Shown here in pieces: positions 9,389 through 17,868 of a DNA stretch of 64,000 nt. The stretch spans positions 352,001 to 416,000 of the forward strand of contig JAWAJB010000001.1 in NCBI GenBank assembly GCA_038888155.1, written 5' to 3'. Source of the stretch: Desulfurococcaceae archaeon (GTDB lineage: Archaea; Thermoproteota; Thermoprotei_A; Sulfolobales; Desulfurococcaceae). Each line of letters begins with the position of its first letter. The first letter of the stretch is position 1. A program made the translations under genes and the position numbers. The notes beneath the pieces were generated by a model. That model did not search any database and had not been told where the DNA came from. It saw nothing but the letters and a program-made list of their open reading frames with translations.

Positions 9389-9401
9389 ATAACAAAGTTA
9401 T
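9389..9401. promoter_or_regulatory. Palindromic operator ATAAC-AAA-GTTAT beside a bidirectional TATA (about 9403-9411) shared by the HTH gene and moaB
   Basis: AATAAC AAA GTTATT perfect arms; both flanking genes start about 26-30 nt from the TATA (leaderless-like). Confidence 0.55.
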
Positions 9402-9435
9402 TGCTTATATAGCTTGCACTAGATAGAGTAACTCG

Positions 9436-9951
9436 GTGATGTTCATGGGGAGCAACGACCTCGCGCGCCAACTATGCTTCGGAGTCATTGTCGTGAGCGA
9501 CCGCATCGCAGAGGGGGCAGACGTCGATGTAAGCGGGGAGGAGTCTTTGAGGGAGTTGAGGAAAAAGGGGCTCTGCGTAGGAGGCAAGAGAGTAGTTCGG
9601 AACTCGTACAGGGAGATTTTAAGGGCAATTAGAGAGGCCAACGAGCGCGTTTTAGTGTTAATAGGCGGGACAGGCCCCAGCCCCCGCGACATAACTGCAG
9701 ATGTAGTAAGCGATATAGCCTGGAGATGCCTGCCTGGCTTTGGGGAACTGTTCAGGTATCTCTCCTACCGAGAAGTAGGGGCTCGAGCAGCTATTACTAG
9801 GGCAAATCTCTGCGTTCTACACGACGGCAAGATAGTTGTAGCGTTACCTGGCTCCAAAGATGGGGCGCTCTTAGGGGTAAACTTGTTGGTCCAAGTTGTT
9901 GACCACTTAGTAGAGGAAGTTGATAGATTTGAGGCGCCTCACAGAGTTTAA
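9436..9951 (+). CDS. moaB: Molybdopterin adenylyltransferase MoaB/MogA
   Basis: VVSDR, DVSG, GGTGPSPRDIT, LPGFGELFR, ALPGS. Confidence 0.92.
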   Translation: MMFMGSNDLARQLCFGVIVVSDRIAEGADVDVSGEESLRELRKKGLCVGGKRVVRNSYREILRAIREANERVLVLIGGTGPSPRDITADVVSDIAWRCLPGFGELFRYLSYREVGARAAITRANLCVLHDGKIVVALPGSKDGALLGVNLLVQVVDHLVEEVDRFEAPHRV

Positions 9952-10027
9952 CCTTGCCGGGCGTAGAGTTTTTATGTTGGTTTACGAAACTCCCGCAGTT
10001 AAAAGCTAGCTCTAGGTACTTCTCAAG

Positions 10028-10660
10028 GTGAATGAGTTGAGAGGCAACCTGCACCTGATGATCAGAGACGGAGTTTTATACGAGGCTATCCTCACAGCCG
10101 TGTACGAGGGCAAACCCTATGCAGCGCCAGTAGGATTTATAAAGAGCGATGATATTGTGAGAGTCAAAGTCTATAGAGGCGGGCTGCTTAGTAAAGTAGT
10201 CTCGTCGTGCAGCGTTGTTGTGCTTAACTTCACTTATAAGCCGGAGTATTTTATAAGGACAGCGTTCAAAGGCAATTTAATGGGGGCGGGCCCACAGCCC
10301 TTGTTTAACCCGATCGATAGCGGAGCTGTCTCGCTCCGCGACTGCTTTGGGTACATAGTAGTTGAGAGAGCTAAATTGAGCGAGCTGGGCGAGCTCATAA
10401 TAGCTGATTACAGGGTAAGAAGTAGCGTTCTCAACGACTACGTAGAGCTAGAGCCTTACACTAGATGCTACAGCCATTTAGTAGAGCTTGCAGTAATTGC
10501 CTCGAAAATAAGAGCTATAAAGAGCGCTCCCGTTTTGAGCGATCTGCTCTTAAAATTTGAGTGGTCCATGGACGTCATCAATAAAACCTGTGGAGATGAT
10601 TATAAGGCACTAGCAAGGCATATGCAGGTGTTCACTCAGAGATGTCTAGAAGAAAAGTAG
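10028..10660 (+). CDS. DUF447 family (flavin reductase-like) protein
   Basis: YEAILT...YAAPVG pattern, LVELAVIASK; adjacent to RFAP synthase as is usual for this family. Confidence 0.72.
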   Translation: MNELRGNLHLMIRDGVLYEAILTAVYEGKPYAAPVGFIKSDDIVRVKVYRGGLLSKVVSSCSVVVLNFTYKPEYFIRTAFKGNLMGAGPQPLFNPIDSGAVSLRDCFGYIVVERAKLSELGELIIADYRVRSSVLNDYVELEPYTRCYSHLVELAVIASKIRAIKSAPVLSDLLLKFEWSMDVINKTCGDDYKALARHMQVFTQRCLEEK

Positions 10661-11586
10661 TTATAAGGGCTCCCGCTAGGCTACACTTTGGCATAGTTAA
10701 CCCATTTAATAAAAAATACAGGCTCTACATATCTGCTGGAATAGCCATAGATAGACCGGAAACCGTTGTGAGCGTGTACCCGGAAGAGCACCTCTCCTTC
10801 GAGGGCCCTCGGTCGAGCGAAGTCGCCTCTCGATTAAAACCCCTTCTCGAGGAATACAGCTTAAGTCGCGGGCGCGTTGTTGTGGAGAGGTGTTCCCCGA
10901 AGCACGTTGGCTTGGGGTCAACAACGCAGCTATTGCTGGCGTCTGCCCACGGATTACTGCTGGCTAATGGCCTGAGGGTAAACGCAGTAGATGTAGCCAA
11001 AAAGATAGGCATAGGCAGGCTATCTGGAGTGGGGACGTATGTTTACTCCCACGGGGGTTTCGTAGTTGATTCAGGTAAATCAGAGCAGAGCGATTTCCCA
11101 AGGCTCCTCATTAGACTGGAGGTGCCCGATCACTGGAGGTTCGTTGTGTTGATTCCAAGCGGGGTGGGGCTCGACGAGACAAGAGAGTCGAGGATATTCG
11201 CGACGAGCAAGAGCGCGCCAGACGAGCTAATTTGGTCAGCTTCATACTACCTATTTAGTGGCGTTGTTCCAGCGCTAGTTGAAGCCAGATTCGAGGAGTT
11301 CTCTCAATCGCTTGCCAAGCTCCAAGAAACTGTAGGCTTAATGTTCAGCGAGTATCAAGGAGGGGTGTTTGCCCGCTACTCAAAGACTGCCGTTGAGGCT
11401 TTAAAGGGCCTTGGGGTAAGGGGGATAGGCCAGAGCTCGTGGGGGCCTGCTGTGTACGGCGCTGTTAATAGCCATACTGAGGCCTTAAGAATCGTAGAGA
11501 GCGTGAGGAGGAGTCTAAGCGACGTAGAGGCATTTATCGCTTGCCCTGCGAACAGGGGAGCTGAGGTCAAGCTTACACTAGAATGA
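10642..11586 (+). CDS. mptG: Beta-ribofuranosylaminobenzene 5'-phosphate (RFAP) synthase family
   Basis: PARLHFG, HVGLGSTTQ, SGVG...GGFVVDSG, GQSSWGP. Confidence 0.88.
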   Translation: MSRRKVVIRAPARLHFGIVNPFNKKYRLYISAGIAIDRPETVVSVYPEEHLSFEGPRSSEVASRLKPLLEEYSLSRGRVVVERCSPKHVGLGSTTQLLLASAHGLLLANGLRVNAVDVAKKIGIGRLSGVGTYVYSHGGFVVDSGKSEQSDFPRLLIRLEVPDHWRFVVLIPSGVGLDETRESRIFATSKSAPDELIWSASYYLFSGVVPALVEARFEEFSQSLAKLQETVGLMFSEYQGGVFARYSKTAVEALKGLGVRGIGQSSWGPAVYGAVNSHTEALRIVESVRRSLSDVEAFIACPANRGAEVKLTLE

Positions 11587-11599
11587 TATCTATAAAAAG

Positions 11600-11662
11600 G
11601 ATTCAGCTAGGCCCGTCAATTCATCCCGTTTTGGGTCATCCCTTCCAAGCTTCATCCTCACT
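11600..11662 (-). ncRNA. C/D box sRNA
   Basis: Minus strand: C AGGATGA - guide AGCTTGGAAGGG - D' ATGA - CCCAAAAC - C' GGGATGA - guide ATTGACGGGCCTAG - D CTGA; typical archaeal size, just after the pheT stop. Confidence 0.75.
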
Positions 11663-11677
11663 AACTAATAACTATGC

Positions 11678-13336
11678 CTAGATTTTAATTCTATCCAAGT
11701 ACAGCTCGGCGATCACTACGGGGTTCTTCAGTCCAAGCTCGTAAGTGATCCCCGGATAGATCTCGCCAACGAAACCGAGCTCCTCCTCGCCGCTTTTCAC
11801 AACGGCAGTTCTCTCGGGGAGAAATCCCGGCAAGTGCCCCTTTACAAACTCGTGATTTATTTCCAGCTCGTTAAGTACAGCTTTCACGTAGGCTAGGCCA
11901 TCAGTTAAAGTCGCCCTGTCATAGTATATTGCTATCCCAAGCCTTCTCTCTATTCTAGCCTGTGTTTCATAGCGCAAGTCTGGTATCGCCACATCTCCTA
12001 TTTCAAATATCATTACCCTGTTGTACTTCTCGGCGTTTTCCTTTACTACGTCCAACAGCTGAGGTGCAAGCCAAACTCGAAGTCCCTCAAAGCGCTCTGA
12101 CCTCGGGTTTTGCACAGAGAACATGCTACCTGGGTAGTTCAGCATTTCGAGCTGAGTAGCTCTGTTGCTCATCATGTAGTTGGCCACCTCTTGGAAACCT
12201 AGACCTATCAGGACGTCCCTCAACCTCCTTGATACGTACTCTACGGGGTGGAGCCTGCCGATTGAGCCACTAGCGGGGAGCGAGTCGGCTTCAGCGCCTA
12301 TTTTCTCGTAGCCATAAGCTATTGCCACGTCTTCAGCTACATCTACCCATGTCCTGACGTCCACTCTGTACAGCGGCGGCCTAACAACTATCTCGTATTC
12401 AGTGTCTTTTCCTACCTCGTAGTAGAATAACTGGAGGAGGCTTGTGATCTCCTCTACGTTTAAGCTTGTTCCCAGCAGGCCATTAACATCGTTTGCGTTT
12501 ACCCTAATTGTCTGGCGCTCTCTCATAGGCGCCTCAACAACTAGGTTGTCCTTGTGGTAAACTTTAACTGACTCTACTGCCCCTGTAGACGAGCGCTCGA
12601 CTATGCTAGTCGCCATTATTGTGATAGCGTTTACAACTTCTTGAACACTAGTACCTGTAGCGTCAATAATTACGTTCTTAGTGTCTGTTCGCACTCTGCA
12701 GTCCTCGCTATTTATTATTGGGGTTAGGCTGAGAATGTTCCCCTCAGCGTCGCGCAATATGAGGTACTTAGACATATTTTTTACGATGTGACCGTATAAG
12801 ATGCCCTTCTCCGTTGTTTCGAGGATCTCTCGCAAGGTCATAGGCTTATCGCTACCGAGCGGACGGAAGCGCGTTAAGTCGGGATCAGCTGCCTCGTAGT
12901 ATATAGGCGGCTTGAGGGCGTCGAGATCATACACTCCAATGCTTATTTTCCTCCTCGCGCGCCCGTAGGTTTGCGTTATTTTTTCCTGTAGTTGCATAAT
13001 TTGCGAGATTGCCTCGCTAGTCAGCCTTATGTCCCTAACTACGGCTAGCGCTAAATAAGGCCTCTCGGGTATGTAGTCAGCGTACCCCTTGACTGAAGAC
13101 TCGACAACTGTGAAGCTACGCCAATTCAACCCAAGCCACGGCTTAAGAGCCCTCGACAGTCCCTCCGAGCTAAACAAGTCCGGACGATCGCTATTTGCCT
13201 CGTACTCTATGATATCTCCATCTATTAGCTCTACTTCGCACTTCAACCTAGCTAGTAGCTTGTGTAGCTCAAGGTCGTTCAACTCTGTCCCCAGAAGTTC
13301 CTCGAGATCGCTTCTCCTTATCCTCACAACTGGCAT
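11678..13336 (-). CDS. pheT: Phenylalanine--tRNA ligase beta subunit
   Basis: MPVVRI start after GGTGAGGG; DRPDL.S.EG, YRVDV...DVAEDVAIAYGY. Confidence 0.95.
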   Translation of the reverse strand: MPVVRIRRSDLEELLGTELNDLELHKLLARLKCEVELIDGDIIEYEANSDRPDLFSSEGLSRALKPWLGLNWRSFTVVESSVKGYADYIPERPYLALAVVRDIRLTSEAISQIMQLQEKITQTYGRARRKISIGVYDLDALKPPIYYEAADPDLTRFRPLGSDKPMTLREILETTEKGILYGHIVKNMSKYLILRDAEGNILSLTPIINSEDCRVRTDTKNVIIDATGTSVQEVVNAITIMATSIVERSSTGAVESVKVYHKDNLVVEAPMRERQTIRVNANDVNGLLGTSLNVEEITSLLQLFYYEVGKDTEYEIVVRPPLYRVDVRTWVDVAEDVAIAYGYEKIGAEADSLPASGSIGRLHPVEYVSRRLRDVLIGLGFQEVANYMMSNRATQLEMLNYPGSMFSVQNPRSERFEGLRVWLAPQLLDVVKENAEKYNRVMIFEIGDVAIPDLRYETQARIERRLGIAIYYDRATLTDGLAYVKAVLNELEINHEFVKGHLPGFLPERTAVVKSGEEELGFVGEIYPGITYELGLKNPVVIAELYLDRIKI

Positions 13337-13341
13337 TTCCC

Positions 13342-14943
13342 TCACCCTAATTCCTGTCTTAAATTCAACCAAACCTCCTCTATTAACGCTTTTTCCTCGT
13401 TGCTCCACCGCAGTATGTTCTCCAGCTGGAAATACTCGAAGAAGTTCCTAATGCCGTTTAGATACGCGAGCGGTGCATATACAGAGAGGAAGGCAACCGC
13501 CCCCTTGATTTCTCTGAGCCTCCTGTACTTGCGCCACCCGAGTTTTCTGTATAAGTAGCGCGAAGACACTGGAGTGAGGTTGGGGTTGAACTGAGGGGTT
13601 ATTTGCTCCTCTAATACCCTACTAACGTTTGAGATATCCATGTTAACTTTAAGTGCCTCAATAGAGTACCAGGACTTTACGTACTCCAAGAATGCGCCAC
13701 GCACGTGCTCCTTCTTTTGATCTGCCGCTAGCATCTTACCCGCGAGTGTAGCAACAATAGCTATGTTAATTATTTGGGGAGTTGAGAGAGTGTTGATATC
13801 GTCGAGATCTGTGTGGTAGTACTTACTCGGCCACTCGTTGAGCATTGTGGAGTCAAGCCCCCAGGCAATTGTAACGTCGTGATCGCTTCCCGCTGTATAG
13901 GGTGATATAGAATACTTAACTGCCGGTAGCTTAAATCCCCCAAAAGAGCTGGCTGAGTCTAGCACAAGTTTCGACGCCAAGTAGGTATACGGGGCTGAGG
14001 ATGACCTCATAAATAGCGGGGGTATAACTATATTGAGAGTTGACTTCGTAGCCCACTGCTTTGATCCAACCATGTCTAGGTTTATCGCTGCTACGGGCAC
14101 CCAAGGCATGTAGCTATCCGCGTAAATTGTCCCAGTGTGCTCCGGTATGAATAGGTGAGCGTGGGAGAAACTTTGACCCAGCGAGCTAATCATCTTCGCA
14201 GCTAAAATACTCGCCACCACTCCGCTGACGTTGTCGTGCGATCCCGGCTTGGGGTGACATATGTGGCTAGTGTAGAGCACCCCGGGGTCCTCTCCCCTAT
14301 ATGCTATTAAGCCGTGCATGGACCTTGATGAAAAAGTTGACTTGACTTCCCAGCAGACTTGTACTTCAATGTCTTTGGACACCTGGGATATAATTTTAAG
14401 CGCGACGCTGTAGGGTATGTTGACCACAGATGTGCCCTTTATTTCCCCGCTCTTCAAGAACACACCTGTATACGGTACGCCGAGTGGATACCTAGTGCTG
14501 TCGTACAGAACTATTAGGCTGGACGAGAGCTCCCTATAGGCAACGCTTGCGGGCGCCTCTATCAGGATGGCCTCCCCGTCGCACCCATGCAAATCTCTAC
14601 ACAGCTTAAGCTTACTACAACCCTCACCGGGCGGGGAGTGGGCTGCTATGAGCGTGGGGTGATCGAAATAATTAAACCTAGCAATTGGAGTGCTCCCTTT
14701 CTTAAACTCTACGAAGCCGTTTACTGCATCCCATGACGCTGGAGTCTCAATGAAACCTTTAGCGCTACTGCTGGGCACTTCGAACATTTTTACGGCTAAG
14801 CCTAAACCTCCTAGGATATTGGCTGTTTCTTTAACAGCGTCTTCAAGGCCTTTAGATCCCTGTACTCGGTTATACGAGCTGAGTTCCCTAGTGAGATCCT
14901 TTGTTATCCATGCAAGGGGAAGGCGCCGACAACTTTCCAGCAA
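13342..14943 (-). CDS. DUF4910 / M28 aminopeptidase-like protein
   Basis: YNRVQGS, SHICHPKPGSHDNVSG, PEHTG, NLDMVG, GSDHD, YYHTDLD; start uncertain. Confidence 0.8.
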   Translation of the reverse strand: MLESCRRLPLAWITKDLTRELSSYNRVQGSKGLEDAVKETANILGGLGLAVKMFEVPSSSAKGFIETPASWDAVNGFVEFKKGSTPIARFNYFDHPTLIAAHSPPGEGCSKLKLCRDLHGCDGEAILIEAPASVAYRELSSSLIVLYDSTRYPLGVPYTGVFLKSGEIKGTSVVNIPYSVALKIISQVSKDIEVQVCWEVKSTFSSRSMHGLIAYRGEDPGVLYTSHICHPKPGSHDNVSGVVASILAAKMISSLGQSFSHAHLFIPEHTGTIYADSYMPWVPVAAINLDMVGSKQWATKSTLNIVIPPLFMRSSSAPYTYLASKLVLDSASSFGGFKLPAVKYSISPYTAGSDHDVTIAWGLDSTMLNEWPSKYYHTDLDDINTLSTPQIINIAIVATLAGKMLAADQKKEHVRGAFLEYVKSWYSIEALKVNMDISNVSRVLEEQITPQFNPNLTPVSSRYLYRKLGWRKYRRLREIKGAVAFLSVYAPLAYLNGIRNFFEYFQLENILRWSNEEKALIEEVWLNLRQELG

Positions 14944-15186
14944 GTTATATATATCTAGCAACTGATGAAACACCTCATAGGTATAAAACAGCAATTTTCA
15001 AGCAATTAAGCCAGTGCATGCCACAATCTCTAAAAGCTGCAGAGAGCATATAAATGTCGTCCTCGCTATTGCGTGGCCGTTAATTACAGGCAGAAAGCGC
15101 CAAGTGCGATAAAAACCCGAGATGCGCCTCCATGTATAGATTGGCCAAGCTACGTTAATAGGCTAGACAGCTATGAATTGCGAGAC

Positions 15187-15615
15187 CTACCTTACAATAA
15201 GCAACGACACTAAAGTGTTCACGCCCAGTGAAAGGGCAACTCCTCCGAGGCTTAGCTCGCTCAACCACGTTCTACCCCTAGCGCCTACGACTATGAGGTC
15301 GTAGCCCTCATTGACTATTTCCCTTATCAAAACTGCTTGGGGGCTTTCGTTGAGAGGGTCGTACTCTACGGACTTGTACGCTACAGTTATAGGTAAGTTT
15401 TTCAGCTTGTCTTTAGCTTTTACTAGGGGGTCTTCGCCTTCTTTGAGGCCCTTTGGCCTAGCGTTAATGACTGTTACCTTAGAGCCATAGTGTAGCGCCA
15501 GATCTGCTGCCACTAATAGCGCTTTAAGGCTTGTCTCGCTGCCGTCTACGGGCACAATTATCTTCCTAAAGTAGAGACTCACAACATATGTAGGTGCCTC
15601 TGTCAAAAAGCTCAC
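15187..15615 (-). CDS. Universal stress protein
   Basis: KIIVPVDGSETSLKAL, DLIVVGARG. Confidence 0.9.
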   Translation of the reverse strand: MSFLTEAPTYVVSLYFRKIIVPVDGSETSLKALLVAADLALHYGSKVTVINARPKGLKEGEDPLVKAKDKLKNLPITVAYKSVEYDPLNESPQAVLIREIVNEGYDLIVVGARGRTWLSELSLGGVALSLGVNTLVSLLIVR

Positions 15616-15826
15616 CTCTCTGGTTAGTTTCTAACAGCTAGGTAATATAACTTTATGGCGCCTATATAGTGTGAGGATTGCAGCTAGGGCTCTACTTCTA
15701 GCCTCTACTCGTCTCGAGTTAAACTACGGAGAGATTCCTAGGGAGACTGCTCATTGTTAATCCCTACCGATGGTTTCAATCACCCCTGCCTTTCATAGCT
15801 AGTTTAGGAGACACTCGGCTGTTCCA

Positions 15827-17062
15827 CTAGCCCATGAATAGTTTGCTTGATAGCTCTAGTGCCTTAAGGGCTGGAAGCTCTTCCCCGCTTAAGAAGATCA
15901 ACACAGCGTTACCTCCTGTAGAGACGTGTATTCTGTCGTCTGTCACTTCCTGCGGCAACATAGACGTGAGGTGGCCGCCCGCTATGAGTACAAACCCCTT
16001 CGAGGAGATAGCGGCGTCGACGAGCCTTTTAGTCCCCCACTTGAATTCTTCAACCTCTATTACGCCAGCTGGCCCCCTCATTACTATAGTCTTAGCTTCC
16101 TTTATGAGGTCCTCGTATATCCCTGCAGTCTGTTCGCCGATGTCCATTATGATCCCCCTTATCTGGCCTATATACGCGTTTTCAGTGTTGTCCCCTTGTT
16201 TTACCTTGAAGTCGACTGGAGTCTCTATAGGGGCGCCTTTCAGCAGGACCTGCCTCGCTTTTGGAATAAAGGGAATTAAGCCGTTTTCCTCGAGTACTTT
16301 GAGGTTTTCATTACCAACGTTAACTCCTTTAGCAGCCAAGAAGAGCAATCCGAGCAATCCACACGTTAGGATCCTGTCAACCATTTTGCTCTTAACTAAG
16401 TTTTCTATTATTCTCAAGTGCTCAGTTACTTTCTTCCCGCCGAGGACATACAGTATGGGGGATTCTGCGTTGGAGACGACTTTGTTCAAAGCAACTATTT
16501 CTTTCTCGAAGAGGGGCCCCATAGCGCTAGGCAGTAAAAGCGGCAACCCTACGATACTCGGCTGGCTCCTGTGGGCTGTTGCGAAGGCGTCGTTAACGTA
16601 GAAGTCTACAACTGAGGCAATTCTCTTAGCGAATATACTGAGCGCGTGCTTCTCTGGCGGAGCTTCGAGGATCTCCTCCGAGATCAACCTCAAGTTATCC
16701 AGCAAGAGCACCTCACCTGGCTTGAGCGATCTTATCGCGTTTAAAGCAGTTGGCCCAATAACATCGCTTACAAACTGAACGTTGAGGCCCGTGTGCTTCT
16801 GCAGGAGACTGCAGTGTTTCTCTAGCGTGGTGAAGTCTGAGGAACCCGGTCTGCCCTGATGGGAGCCTAGCACTAAAGCGGGGGAGTACTTGTTTACAAC
16901 TTCTTTTATGTAATGGGCGTGCTCGCGTATTCTCCTATCGTCAATTATTTCTCCCGTGTCGGGGTCTATAGGGACGTTTATATCTATTCTCATGAACACT
17001 TTTTTTCCGTGGACATCTAAGTCTTTTAAAGTTGGAAGCCTGGGTATATACAGCGAATGCAT
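15827..17062 (-). CDS. pgk: Phosphoglycerate kinase
   Basis: RIDINVP, SHQGRPG, NDAFATAHRS, VLGGKK, HVSTGG. Confidence 0.95.
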   Translation of the reverse strand: MHSLYIPRLPTLKDLDVHGKKVFMRIDINVPIDPDTGEIIDDRRIREHAHYIKEVVNKYSPALVLGSHQGRPGSSDFTTLEKHCSLLQKHTGLNVQFVSDVIGPTALNAIRSLKPGEVLLLDNLRLISEEILEAPPEKHALSIFAKRIASVVDFYVNDAFATAHRSQPSIVGLPLLLPSAMGPLFEKEIVALNKVVSNAESPILYVLGGKKVTEHLRIIENLVKSKMVDRILTCGLLGLLFLAAKGVNVGNENLKVLEENGLIPFIPKARQVLLKGAPIETPVDFKVKQGDNTENAYIGQIRGIIMDIGEQTAGIYEDLIKEAKTIVMRGPAGVIEVEEFKWGTKRLVDAAISSKGFVLIAGGHLTSMLPQEVTDDRIHVSTGGNAVLIFLSGEELPALKALELSSKLFMG

Positions 17063-17398
17063 ATCATCCCCAGCCAGAACTAAGAGTCGTCTATTTTTAA
17101 CTATCAATGGATGTATTTACATCACTACTCATGCACCAATACTAAAGTTTAAACGTGAATTTTTAAAACAACTATTTAAAAATTAATGAACGCGCTTTAA
17201 AGCGAGCAGTAAAGAGGAATGACTCTTACAGGAGTGGAAACGAACCTAGTTTAAGCTCTAGTGAATCCTGTGCCCTTGAATTTCTACAGCTTTAAGCGCA
17301 CTAAATCTTCCTTTAGCGCATGCAAGTTTGGGTAGGTGAGAAAGTTACTAGCCTGTAGCTAAACAAAAACATGCTAGATTTAACGGCTTGCGGTTTCT

Positions 17399-17584
17399 CT
17401 ATCCGCAGACGGGGTATTCATCAGGTACTTTTACCCTAAAGTATCTCCCAGTTTCGGGGTCTTGGAATAAGCCGATCTTAACTCCCTTCCTTCCAGCTGG
17501 GGCCAGTTGCCAGACCTTTATGGGGATAAGCTCTAGGTCCTTACCGCTTGGTGTTTTAACTTTAGCGCGCTCTGTGCAAGGCAT
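17399..17584 (-). CDS. cren7: Chromatin protein Cren7
   Basis: [32 protein letters not shown]; ATG at 17584 after GGTGA. Confidence 0.95.
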   Translation of the reverse strand: MPCTERAKVKTPSGKDLELIPIKVWQLAPAGRKGVKIGLFQDPETGRYFRVKVPDEYPVCG

Positions 17585-17693
17585 ATATTTCACCAATAAA
17601 TGTATTACTGTTATTGACTTAAATATTTTTTTGTACAGGATTAGAAACTTATAAATATGATATGTGAAGTTGTGCTATTCATTAGTTGTTTAT

Positions 17694-17756
17694 AAATCAG
17701 ATACCCCAGGGGTTAATCTCATTGACTTTCGAGTTGGCATGACTATCATCATCGCG
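17694..17756 (-). ncRNA. C/D box sRNA
   Basis: Minus strand: C ATGATGA (17752-17746) ... D'-like TCGA, C'-like TCAATGA ... D CTGA (17700-17697); TATA-like CTTATAAG at 17779-17786 about 27 nt upstream. Confidence 0.68.
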
Positions 17757-17868
17757 ATTATAATATCAACGCTAAGAGCTTATAAGCCTTGTTAAAAAAC
17801 GCAGTGCTTACAGAGAACTAGAGATCAAGCGCTATTAGCGCCCCTTTATCTCGGGAGGAGTAAAGAGA

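Noticed and set aside
15745-15802. C/D-like sequence downstream of pgk (CTATGA...TTGA...ATGA on minus strand)
   Set aside because: C and C' boxes are poor, the second guide is too short and there is no CTGA.
15834-16601. 255-aa + strand ORF and the many other antisense ORFs in the track
   Set aside because: They lie opposite well-supported genes (here pgk), are S/L/T-rich shadow frames and have no motifs.
17108-17398. AT-rich gap with GTGGAAAC as a possible replication origin
   Set aside because: Only one partial ORB-like word and no initiator gene nearby.
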